A DNA stretch of 64,000 bases from Candidatus Neptunichlamydia sp. (GCA_965233865.1 OZ247587.1:608001-672000), one strand, 5' to 3'. Counted from the stretch's first letter, positions 53,281-61,523 are shown. Program-made: numbers and translations. Notes: generated by a model not told the origin, from the letters alone.

Positions 53281-53743
53281 TTTCTTTCTTGCTTATTTCT
53301 TTAAATACTTTTGTTATTTTTTGTAGATGCTCGACTACTCCCTCTAATGGAACGCACTCTGATATTTCATTTTTATATATTCTGCTTTTACAAACTGGGC
53401 AGCCTATTCCATTGCCTTGATCTACTGTTTGTCTACTTGATACAAGCGATCTGATTGTTTCTCTATTTAAAACATGCCCACATTTAAACACTCCTGGGAT
53501 GTTGTCCAGATTAAAAGGCTCCATAGTCACAGGGTCCAACGCATCAGGAGGAAGTTCCTCGCATAATGGCCTGAGTTCTTCTACTATCCCATCATTCTTT
53601 ATCTTGCTGGCCTTTACATCACGAACCTCAGATTCTTGAAGTTTCAATTGATCTCGCATTTCAGCTTCCTGCGTTTCAAGCTGCTGTCTGACAAATTGTT
53701 CAAAGTAAATAGTGTTTGATTGTAGACTTAATATGGCTGTCAT
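53264..53743 (-). CDS. U-box/RING-like E3 ligase protein (copy 4)
   Basis: Coiled coil, then EELPPDALDPVTMEP...CGH...CPVC. Start placed at MTAILS from the shared RBS context. Confidence 0.8.
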   Translation of the reverse strand: MTAILSLQSNTIYFEQFVRQQLETQEAEMRDQLKLQESEVRDVKASKIKNDGIVEELRPLCEELPPDALDPVTMEPFNLDNIPGVFKCGHVLNRETIRSLVSSRQTVDQGNGIGCPVCKSRIYKNEISECVPLEGVVEHLQKITKVFKEISKKENVNAG

Positions 53744-53933
53744 CTTGTTTATCCTCTTACCTTTATTATAACATACTCTGCACGGAATCATTGAATGAAA
53801 TCGTTCAAAATCAAAAATATTTTAGACCTTCGTTTCATAAAAATTCAACGCTTGCTGTTTACTGGATTTATATTTGCTGGTAAAGCTACAAAGGGATAAA
53901 ATGAGAATTAGACGAAAACAATGGATGATAATC

Positions 53934-54248
53934 ATGGACTGGACGCAAGCACTTACTGTTATAGGAGTTTTCATTGGTGGGTTTATCTACATGATGAACA
54001 AAATAGACGCAAATAAGAAAGACACTGATACAAAAATGGAGTCTCATCAAAAAGAAAATAACACACGCTTTAATGGCATAGAAAACCGTTTAACTGCCAT
54101 GGAAGTTGAAGTTAAAAACATCAATCAAAGAATCGATGACTTTAAACATGAAACAAGCCAAAGACTCTCTACGATTGAAGGGTATCTAGTCCCAAAGAAG
54201 GTATTTCACTTTGAGGAAAATAAAGACGAAGAACCCAAAGAGAACTAA
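53934..54248 (+). CDS. Small membrane-anchored coiled-coil protein
   Basis: MDWTQALTVIGVFIGGFIYM TM segment followed by heptad repeats. Confidence 0.7.
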   Translation: MDWTQALTVIGVFIGGFIYMMNKIDANKKDTDTKMESHQKENNTRFNGIENRLTAMEVEVKNINQRIDDFKHETSQRLSTIEGYLVPKKVFHFEENKDEEPKEN

Positions 54249-54372
54249 GACATCTATCATGCTAACTGATAATGAAATGCTACAAAAACTTCAGGAATCT
54301 TTAGAGCTAAGATTCGATGATCAGAAGGATTTATTTCTGTACGAATGCCCAAAAAATAGCAATCAGCTTTTG

Positions 54373-54813
54373 CTATTTACTCTCTGAAGAATTTTCTATC
54401 TCAGGAAGCTCATTTCTATGATGATCTAGGGCTTCTTTTTTGATCTTTTTAACAGCTTCTTTCCAGGTTGGTCTATTCAAGAATTTAATGCTTTCAACAT
54501 AGGCATCAGCTTTATCAAGCTCTTCAGCAAATTTGTAATATCTAAAGGGAGGCTGCACTTTTACTCTATGATCCTTGGAAATACTATAGACGATATTACG
54601 AAGCTCTATCCCAACATGCGGCACCTTGATTTTTACTGTGCTTTGAGCTATCCACTTTGATTTCACTTTGCTGTAGGGATAAATCTCTAGGACTTCTGTT
54701 TCCTCCATAATTGAAGCCTCTTCAGCTGTGGATGGTGCTTCATTAGCTTTTTCCTTTTTCTTTCGTTTAATTCTCTCTTTTGCCGTTTCTGCGACTGTGC
54801 TCTCTTGAGTCAC
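54373..54813 (-). CDS. Hypothetical protein with SpoVG-like pattern
   Basis: Beta-strand core GIELRNIVYSISKDHRVKVQPPFR plus a C-terminal helix; paralog at 7084. Confidence 0.6.
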   Translation of the reverse strand: MTQESTVAETAKERIKRKKKEKANEAPSTAEEASIMEETEVLEIYPYSKVKSKWIAQSTVKIKVPHVGIELRNIVYSISKDHRVKVQPPFRYYKFAEELDKADAYVESIKFLNRPTWKEAVKKIKKEALDHHRNELPEIENSSESK

Positions 54814-54856
54814 TTTTTTACCCTGTTACTCCACTGTAAATTTTTAGTTGTAAGTT

Positions 54857-55201
54857 CTAATCATAATCTTTGAATTGCGCTCTATCTGACAATGCTTTTG
54901 GTCGTTTGAAACTTCTTGGCAGTACAGAATCTCTACTACTGAAGTTCATAGATTTCGCAACTTTAGGACGAGCTTCTTTGGCTATAATAATATTGCCTTC
55001 AAGATTTGCACTATCAAGTCTTCTGATTGCTAGTTTTGCTTCGGAATCTACCAGCATTGTAACAAATCCAAAGCCACGGGATACTTGCGTTTCATGATCT
55101 ACGATGACTTTTGCGGACAATACTTTTCCATATATGCTGAAGAGTTCTTTGAGTTGAGATGATGTTACGCTTAAGGGGAGGTTTTTTACGAATATATCCA
55201 T
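54857..55201 (-). CDS. RRM-domain RNA-binding protein
   Basis: RNP2 IFVKNL, RNP1 RGFGFVTM, and EARP ending. Confidence 0.93.
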   Translation of the reverse strand: MDIFVKNLPLSVTSSQLKELFSIYGKVLSAKVIVDHETQVSRGFGFVTMLVDSEAKLAIRRLDSANLEGNIIIAKEARPKVAKSMNFSSRDSVLPRSFKRPKALSDRAQFKDYD

Positions 55202-55212
55202 GCTTTATCCTT

Positions 55213-55728
55213 TTAAACTTCGCTATTAATCATCCTTATGGCCTTGAGGTACCTTCCAAAGTGAGCTTTTTGTAGATAATTTAAGAGCTTTCTTCTTGCA
55301 AAGACATATCTTACTAAGAGCGCTCTCATGCTTAAGAACTCCTTAGTTTCTTTATCAACGCCATGCATGTCTATTTCTAATCTTTGAATTTTTTCGGTAT
55401 ATACGCCAATTTCCACGTCGCATGAAGCATTGTCCTGAGGAGATGTTTGCCACCGTTTGATGATGTCGCGCATGTCAACGATGTCAATACTATCAACCGT
55501 GCTTGATTTATTAGAAAGAGGCTTGCTTTTCTTGACTCTACTCGGAGGGACAAAATTTCGGATGGTTTTTTCGCAGTAGAAATTCTTGCCACTTACTTTC
55601 TTGCTTGGTTGAAAAACTCTTCTAGAAAGATAGCCTTTGAATAAATCTATAGAACAGCCAATGATCTGCGCTGCTTGCTTGGTGCTGATTAACTGACTTG
55701 TTTGTTGCGATTGTGTTTTCTCTGACAA
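55213..55728 (-). CDS. Excisionase/MerR-type HTH fused to a ribosomal protein S15-like domain
   Basis: N-terminal LISTKQAAQIIGCS HTH; C-terminal DNASCDVEIGVYTEKIQRL...RRKLLNYLQK...RY. TTG start at 55728 after AGGAG. Confidence 0.75.
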   Translation of the reverse strand: MSEKTQSQQTSQLISTKQAAQIIGCSIDLFKGYLSRRVFQPSKKVSGKNFYCEKTIRNFVPPSRVKKSKPLSNKSSTVDSIDIVDMRDIIKRWQTSPQDNASCDVEIGVYTEKIQRLEIDMHGVDKETKEFLSMRALLVRYVFARRKLLNYLQKAHFGRYLKAIRMINSEV

Positions 55729-55771
55729 GCTCTCACTTCTCCTTCTTAAAAAAGAAAGATACTTCCATAAA

Positions 55772-56512
55772 TCACGGTTTAGGAACAAGCTTTTCGTAAG
55801 CTGTCTTTGCAGCAATTTGCTCGGCTTGCTTTTTTGAGGTGCTTTCTCCTGTAGAGAGGTTATCGTCATTGAGGGTTAATTTTACTTTGAACATTGGAGC
55901 ATGATCAGGGCCGCTTCGTTCTGCGAGTGTGAAGATTAGTTGTCCCATACGATTTTTTTGGCAAAACTCATTCAAGAGGCTTTTCCAGTTCTTTTCAGCG
56001 AATTCTAAGGAATCCTCCAGCTCAATATTGAATTTATCAAGAAACATGTTGTGTATTGGCTCTAGAGATTTCCCAGCGTCGAGATATACAGCAGTTAGGA
56101 TTGCCTTAAAACATTTTCCTTTGAATGGAGCGATCTGTGCATCTGGGTTGATTAAGCCATGAGGGCATTGATATAGGTAGTGATTAAAAACCTGAAGTTT
56201 GTCGATGTACTTAACACAAGCATCGTTGCTAATATGCTTCGTTAGCATGGTGTTTTTTATGGACTTGTCTGCAGAGTGATGGTTCGCTTCGATATAGTCT
56301 GCGATAGCAAGCTGCAAAAGATAGTTTCCACGCCATACGAAATCTTCATTGGTTTCTCCGTCGTCGCTGACCATCCCCACCAAAGGAAAGCTAGAGTCCA
56401 TAAATGCTCTTGTTAGTAGATCCGTATCGTTGAATTTATGAGAGAGAGACTTTTCGATATTAGGAATGTTTTTCTGAAGGCTTGAGACCATTTGTATTGC
56501 TAGATTTGTCAT
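55772..56512 (-). CDS. RNase III-like protein with dsRBD; catalytic residues lost
   Basis: FNDTDLLTRAF; NEDFVWRGN in place of NERLEFLGD; GKCFKAILTAVYLD in place of ADxxEA; dsRBD KSLLNEFCQK...GPDHAPMF...SKKQAEQIAA. Confidence 0.9.
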   Translation of the reverse strand: MTNLAIQMVSSLQKNIPNIEKSLSHKFNDTDLLTRAFMDSSFPLVGMVSDDGETNEDFVWRGNYLLQLAIADYIEANHHSADKSIKNTMLTKHISNDACVKYIDKLQVFNHYLYQCPHGLINPDAQIAPFKGKCFKAILTAVYLDAGKSLEPIHNMFLDKFNIELEDSLEFAEKNWKSLLNEFCQKNRMGQLIFTLAERSGPDHAPMFKVKLTLNDDNLSTGESTSKKQAEQIAAKTAYEKLVPKP

Positions 56513-56701
56513 AAGAGGGGCCTTTTATTTTGTTTTGGGTGAAAGATTAACACAAAGAGAAATTTTGGGGAGATCTCCAAAAAACAAGGCTCAGATTTGC
56601 GCTGTGTTGCGCTGTTGGAGACTTAGAGTTGTGTTGGGATTGCGAGAAGATAAATCAGCTTAAAACGTGATTAAATGAGAATATGCGTGTTTAAGTATAA
56701 T

Positions 56702-56738
56702 TAGTTGGGATTTGGAAGGCTTTAATGTGAATTTAGTT
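56702..56738. repeat. 37-bp cassette-end repeat, copy 1
   Basis: TAGTTGGGATTTGGAAGGCTTTAATGTGAATTTAGTT; 35 of 37 identical to 60032-60068. Both copies lie just past a partner-gene stop. Confidence 0.9.
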
Positions 56739-56755
56739 AAAGTTTACGAAAAATA

Positions 56756-57937
56756 TCAAGTTCCAAAGTGACTATTGAAGGTGTTAAATAATTCTGGTCT
56801 ATTTGCAAAGCGCCCTTGTCCAATAAGAATATCTCGAAGTGATTCATTTACTTGTTCTCCATCATCATCAAATTGGGGGTAATCGTCCTCAATTATTGAT
56901 TTAATAAACCCTTTCCCACGCAACATATGACCTGGATGGAGATTTGCATAGTTTTCAACTGTGTCTTGGAAGTTTTCCTCCCCAAGACCTGAATTTATTC
57001 CAATATGACCGAGACGAGGACGTTTACCAAATTCTCTCCTAGCTGCATTCTCGTCATTTTCTATATTTCTGGCCTCTTCTAGGTCTGAATATAATGATGG
57101 AATTCCAGATGGATGAATCATTGGCAATGGAATAGATCTTCTGTTTATGGACTCTTGAGGATCTTTTAAAAAGGCTCTTTGATGGCCGTGTTCATGAAGC
57201 AAGTCATCTACAGTTCTTGGTTGTTTACCATAGAACGTACGTCCTTCATAATCATGACGCATTCTTGTGGAATCTTCTGATTCTTCCTCGTCACTAGGAA
57301 ATAAAAGTTCACCGCTATTAAGTTGTGATTGAGTAAATGGTGCCTTCTTTCCAGGAGGTTCGTATATCTCTAGATGATGTAAGGGCTCCGTTCCGTATCC
57401 AGTAACCATGTCTTTTTGCTCGAATTGTCCATCTGCTCCTTGCTTAACTCCGAAACCAAACCTATTACTGTGCGAGAATGGTAGCTTTGATTTTTGATGT
57501 TTTTCTATGTCATCCAGTAAAACTTTAAAATAACTTGGAGCTCCCTTAGATGCTATTCTTGCATCTTCCATAATCGCGTCTTTATCTTCAGAATCACCAC
57601 TAAAATCAAATAAGGATTCGTATCTATCTGTCAATACGTCTGAGAGGGAGCGCTGAGATGGTAATGGAAACTTCGCCTGCCTAGCTGGGAGGCCTCCTGT
57701 ATTGAAAGTATAGTTTAACTCCTTGGAATCTAAAGGAAATTTTGATTGACGTGTGGGGACTGATTCTGGACCAACATGCACGACATTTTTTCTTATTGGG
57801 CGTGAAGAGTCCACGTAGACTACATTTTCCCTCACTCTTTGAGGGGAATCAACGTAAACTACACTTTCTCTTTTTGTACCTTTTTTTTGCATTTTCAGGT
57901 TCAAGCGCTGCTGCTTTCTTCTTCGGTTGTGCTTCAT
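56756..57937 (-). CDS. Putative effector with C-terminal HExxH metallopeptidase (M91/NleD-like)
   Basis: LLHEHGH...EEARNI...ENAARREFGKRPRLGH; basic, repetitive N-terminus. Confidence 0.7.
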   Translation of the reverse strand: MKHNRRRKQQRLNLKMQKKGTKRESVVYVDSPQRVRENVVYVDSSRPIRKNVVHVGPESVPTRQSKFPLDSKELNYTFNTGGLPARQAKFPLPSQRSLSDVLTDRYESLFDFSGDSEDKDAIMEDARIASKGAPSYFKVLLDDIEKHQKSKLPFSHSNRFGFGVKQGADGQFEQKDMVTGYGTEPLHHLEIYEPPGKKAPFTQSQLNSGELLFPSDEEESEDSTRMRHDYEGRTFYGKQPRTVDDLLHEHGHQRAFLKDPQESINRRSIPLPMIHPSGIPSLYSDLEEARNIENDENAARREFGKRPRLGHIGINSGLGEENFQDTVENYANLHPGHMLRGKGFIKSIIEDDYPQFDDDGEQVNESLRDILIGQGRFANRPELFNTFNSHFGT

Positions 57938-58388
57938 TATTTTTTACCGTTTTTTTAAAAATTTTTGTTACTTTTTCAAGATGTTCTACTGTTTCATCAA
58001 ATGACTGATCATACAAGAAAAAATAGCCTCTTGTTTCTGTTCGACAAACTGGACAAGGTATCATGTCGTCTTTTGCCAACCCCATTGATTTTGCAACACT
58101 AACAGCCGTTTCAGAGCTTAATGAATGGCTACAACGCATCACTAAAGGAGTTCTCATCGGTTCATATGTCACTGGATCTAAAGCACAGTCAGGCAATTCT
58201 TCACAAAGTGGTCTTAGTTCTTCTACGATTCTATTATTCGTTATATTCTTAGCTTGCACTTCCCCCATCTCAGCTTCCCGTTCTTTTAGTTGGTCTCGCA
58301 TTTCGGATTCTTGTGTTTCCAGCTGACTACGCATGGCATTTTCAAAATAAGAAATGGTTCTCGTTGGTGTAATTGCTATGGATGACAT
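57849..58388 (-). CDS. U-box/RING-like E3 ligase protein (copy 3)
   Basis: EELPDCALDPVTYEPMRTPLVMRCSH...CPVC; AAGGAG RBS; basic tail KKRYKKRK. Confidence 0.82.
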   Translation of the reverse strand: MSSIAITPTRTISYFENAMRSQLETQESEMRDQLKEREAEMGEVQAKNITNNRIVEELRPLCEELPDCALDPVTYEPMRTPLVMRCSHSLSSETAVSVAKSMGLAKDDMIPCPVCRTETRGYFFLYDQSFDETVEHLEKVTKIFKKTVKNNEAQPKKKAAALEPENAKKRYKKRKCSLR

Positions 58389-58405
58389 GTTGTTCTCCTT
58401 GGGGT

Positions 58406-59431
58406 TTAACCTGCAAAAGCTGTGTTATAGCCTAGCCTAGTTGGTTGTATCTGTTCTCCCCTTTCATCATTCTCTTGAATTCCTTGAAATGTTTTCATCA
58501 CATCTTCTAACCAGCTTTTTGAGAATTTCCCATCGCCTTTTACTGAGCTCCAAAGAGAGCGTACTGGGTAATTATTTCCTTTTCTCGTTATAAAAACATG
58601 GTCTTCTGGCCTATCTTCATTGGCAAAAACAGTTGTCCCATCTGGAAGATCAAAATCTTGTAATTTATTATAGTCGATTTCGCCACGATTTCCAGGCGGA
58701 TTTAAAACATCTATAAGCCTTTCACCATAGGAAAGGCTGTATTTTCCAGGTTCTGTAGCTCTTTGAAGGCGTTCTTGTACTTCTTCTTTTTTCAGCTTGC
58801 CTCTTGAGATTAAGTCATAGCAAACCCCTTCAGCACAGTTCATCGTCTTTGGTTTTGAGCCTTTTTCGCTGTTATGGTCACTTCCATACTCGTCTGTAAC
58901 CCACCTTCCAAACGGTCTGGAGGAATAATCTTCATGGTCAGCAATAGGACCCCAGGCTACGTTCTTGTAATATTCAGAGTCATCTGGGTTTGTGAATGGT
59001 GTTCCTGGTTCTGATTCTCTTGAAGAGATTTGATCAAAAAGTCCTTCTTCAAACTCTCTATATTGCGGTTGTAGAGCAGAATGCAAACTCTGACTATCTG
59101 GAATCTGATCAAACATTTCCTCTTCTAACCCTCTGAATCGAGGTAGAGTCTGTAATAGATTTATTTGAGAATCTTCTAGCTCTAAGCTAGCATCATATCC
59201 ATATGGAAAACCAATATTACGGTTTGGTTCCTCATCTGAATCATAGTCCGGTGCATTTTTTGTAGGCATGGGTGTTTTATAGATAGTTGAAGTAGGTCGA
59301 AGAGGTGGAGGAGGTACTGGCCTGTATGAATATTCTCTAAGAGTTGCCATCCACTTTGCCATATCAATAGGCTGGTCTCCCATTTCTGGATCATATCTAG
59401 CAAACTGCTTTTTTCTATAATTACTCGGCAT
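58406..59431 (-). CDS. Putative effector with papain-like (NlpC/P60-type) Cys-His domain
   Basis: MNCAEGVCYDL...LPDGTTVF...DHVFIT...VRSLWS; paralog of 60073-61083. Confidence 0.68.
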   Translation of the reverse strand: MPSNYRKKQFARYDPEMGDQPIDMAKWMATLREYSYRPVPPPPLRPTSTIYKTPMPTKNAPDYDSDEEPNRNIGFPYGYDASLELEDSQINLLQTLPRFRGLEEEMFDQIPDSQSLHSALQPQYREFEEGLFDQISSRESEPGTPFTNPDDSEYYKNVAWGPIADHEDYSSRPFGRWVTDEYGSDHNSEKGSKPKTMNCAEGVCYDLISRGKLKKEEVQERLQRATEPGKYSLSYGERLIDVLNPPGNRGEIDYNKLQDFDLPDGTTVFANEDRPEDHVFITRKGNNYPVRSLWSSVKGDGKFSKSWLEDVMKTFQGIQENDERGEQIQPTRLGYNTAFAG

Positions 59432-59822
59432 ATTTTTTAAAGATTCCGCTTATTTTTTTAAAAATTTCCACACAACCTTCTATAGGAATATATGGGTAAA
59501 GCATGTTGATTGTTGTTGAGGAGTTGCAAGATGGGCATTTTATTAAATCCTGCTTGTATAGCTTTTGTGTTTTAGCAATGCTCACAACTGTAGAAAGATT
59601 CAATGCGTGACCACACCTATATACTATACTTCTGTCTAAAGGCTCAAAAGTAACAGGGTCCAACGCGTCTGGAGGTAGTTCTTCGCACAAAGGCCTTAGT
59701 TCTTCAACAATCTTGCTATCTCTTGTCTGTCGTTCTTTATATCTCTCTTCAAACAATTCATCAATCGACATTGTTTGTGTTGCGACAGTAGTGCTGTTTT
59801 TTGGTGTGATTGATATGCTCAT
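59421..59822 (-). CDS. U-box/RING-like E3 ligase protein (copy 2)
   Basis: EELPPDALDPVTFEP...CGH...CPSC; start at MSISITPK after AAGGAG. Confidence 0.82.
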   Translation of the reverse strand: MSISITPKNSTTVATQTMSIDELFEERYKERQTRDSKIVEELRPLCEELPPDALDPVTFEPLDRSIVYRCGHALNLSTVVSIAKTQKLYKQDLIKCPSCNSSTTINMLYPYIPIEGCVEIFKKISGIFKKYAE

Positions 59823-60020
59823 CTTGTTCTCCTTGTGTCTATTATAACACATTTTGCACTGAATCGTAGCATGAATTCTTGTGTTTTTAAAAAATTTTTC
59901 ATGTAGAAATGCAGGGAGTATATCATGATAGGAATAACACGTATTTTGAATTTTTGATTCGTGCGCAAATCCGCCTGACCAAGAATAAAAAAAGAATGCT
60001 TTTTAGGGGTGGCCCCCTTT
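59820..60020 (-). repeat. ~200-bp cassette promoter/leader repeat, copy 1
   Basis: Highly similar to 61521-61722. Minus strand carries an extended -10 TGTTATAAT and RBS AAGGAGAACAAG-ATG; palindrome TATCATGATA and inverted repeat GGGGTGGCCCC. Confidence 0.92.
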
Positions 60021-60031
60021 TTAAGGGTAAC

Positions 60032-60068
60032 TAGTTGGGATTTGGAATGTTTTAATGTGAATTTAGTT
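60032..60068. repeat. 37-bp cassette-end repeat, copy 2
   Basis: TAGTTGGGATTTGGAATGTTTTAATGTGAATTTAGTT. Confidence 0.9.
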
Positions 60069-60072
60069 CAAA

Positions 60073-61083
60073 TTATCGCATTTGTTGAAGAACAGGATCT
60101 GCAAAGGCTGTGTTGTAGCGAAGAGTTGTTTCTTTTCCATCCATTCCTTTCTCTTTGTAAAATTCATCTACAACGTCTTTTAGCCAACTTCGGGAAAAAT
60201 TACCGCTTCCCCGGTTTTTACTCCATAAAGAACGTACTGGATTACTCTCTCCAGTTCTTGTCATAAAAACATGGTCTCCTGGACTTTCGTCGTTTGCAAA
60301 TATAACAGATCCAGCAGGAATATTGTGTTTTCCAGATTGCACGTCATCATAGCTAACGGTTTTTCGAGTATCCTTAGGGTCAAGCACACTTAATAGACTG
60401 TCTGAATATGCGCGACCGACCGTTGGTCTCTTTTCTCCCCCCGGAAAATCAGCCGTAAGCCTTTCTCTGAGCTTTTCTTTATCTAGTTTTTCTCTTGAAA
60501 GAAGGTCGTAGCAAACACCTTCATAGCAATTCATCTTATTCGGTTTGTAATCGGAGTTTCCGTGAAGCCAGTCAGCAAATTGAGTTTGTTCTAGTCGGTC
60601 CGTGTTAATTGGCTCCCATTCGAGATTGTTGTAATATAGAGCTTCATCGGGTGGGGTTTCGCTTCTTTTTTGAAATGGGATTTTTCTTACGTCTTCTTGA
60701 AGATCTTCGGGACGGTAACGTCTTGCTGAACTAGATTTTGATCTTATGTTTTTGGGGAGTCCCCTTAAGTCTTCTTGTAAATCTTCGGGACGGTAACGTT
60801 CTTCCCCTAACCTTGAGTTTCTTGCTTCATATTCTGTTGTATATAAAGGCTTCATTGCTTTTTCGTATTCAGTCTCTACAGGATCGCCAGGGCGATAGTT
60901 TTGAAGCGCGTCCCTAAGTGAGACTTTATTTTCCCGTGCATCTTTTGCTCGTTGGTACATGTCTTTAAGGGTTACTTCGTCTATCTTGCCTTGTTCGTAG
61001 AGTCGGCCAAGACTACTAAGAATGCTCTCTTCTTCGCTTTCTAGATCTAGTGGTTGTTTAAGAGGATCAATGTAGTAGCTCAT
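60073..61083 (-). CDS. Putative effector with papain-like (NlpC/P60-type) Cys-His domain
   Basis: MNCYEGVCYDL...IPAGSVIF...DHVFMT...VRSLWS; RYRPEDLQED repeated twice; ATGA overlap with the upstream U-box gene. Confidence 0.68.
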   Translation of the reverse strand: MSYYIDPLKQPLDLESEEESILSSLGRLYEQGKIDEVTLKDMYQRAKDARENKVSLRDALQNYRPGDPVETEYEKAMKPLYTTEYEARNSRLGEERYRPEDLQEDLRGLPKNIRSKSSSARRYRPEDLQEDVRKIPFQKRSETPPDEALYYNNLEWEPINTDRLEQTQFADWLHGNSDYKPNKMNCYEGVCYDLLSREKLDKEKLRERLTADFPGGEKRPTVGRAYSDSLLSVLDPKDTRKTVSYDDVQSGKHNIPAGSVIFANDESPGDHVFMTRTGESNPVRSLWSKNRGSGNFSRSWLKDVVDEFYKEKGMDGKETTLRYNTAFADPVLQQMR

Positions 61084-61523
61084 GTGTTCTTCGCAAATAC
61101 CTTACTTATTTTTTCAAAAATTTCAACGCAGCCCTTTAGACTTACAGAAACAAAAAAATCATTTAGAACGGATTTATTCTTACATACCGGACAACTCATT
61201 AGGTCTTGTTGGCATAAATTGCTAGCCTTCGCAATAGCGACTATTGTCGAGGAATTTATAGTGTGACCACATCCATACGTTGCTGGCTTATAAAGAGGCT
61301 CCATGGTCACAGGGTCCAATGCATCATTAGGAATCTCCTCACAAAGTGGTCTCAACTCTTCTACAATCTTGCTGTCTCTTGCCTTTTCATACTTAAGCTC
61401 TCTTACTTCAGCTTCTCGTTCTTTTAATTCTGCTCGCGCTTCGGATTCTTGCGTTTCGAGCTGATCTCTGACAAATTGCTCAAAGTACATCGTGTTGTTT
61501 TGAATGCTTAATATGACGGACAT
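61080..61523 (-). CDS. U-box/RING-like E3 ligase protein (copy 1)
   Basis: EEIPNDALDPVTMEPLYKPATYGCGH...CPVC; start at MSVILS. Confidence 0.82.
   Translation of the reverse strand: MSVILSIQNNTMYFEQFVRDQLETQESEARAELKEREAEVRELKYEKARDSKIVEELRPLCEEIPNDALDPVTMEPLYKPATYGCGHTINSSTIVAIAKASNLCQQDLMSCPVCKNKSVLNDFFVSVSLKGCVEIFEKISKVFAKNT

Noticed and set aside
55213..56512. Calling these genes the housekeeping rnc and rpsO
   Set aside because: The RNase III lacks its catalytic residues, the S15-like domain is diverged and fused to an HTH, and both lie on an accessory island.
56702..60068. 37-bp cassette-end repeat as a dif/pdif or integron attC site
   Set aside because: It does not fit the 11-6-11 XerC/XerD layout with a TTATGTTAAAT arm, shows no RYYYAAC/GTTRRRY palindrome, and there is no integron integrase.
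57849..61523. Programmed frameshifting that would fuse each E3 to its partner
   Set aside because: A/T-rich runs exist near the junctions, but the frame offsets differ between cassettes (an ATGA overlap in one, +1 in the others) and every partner has its own ATG. Translational coupling is simpler.
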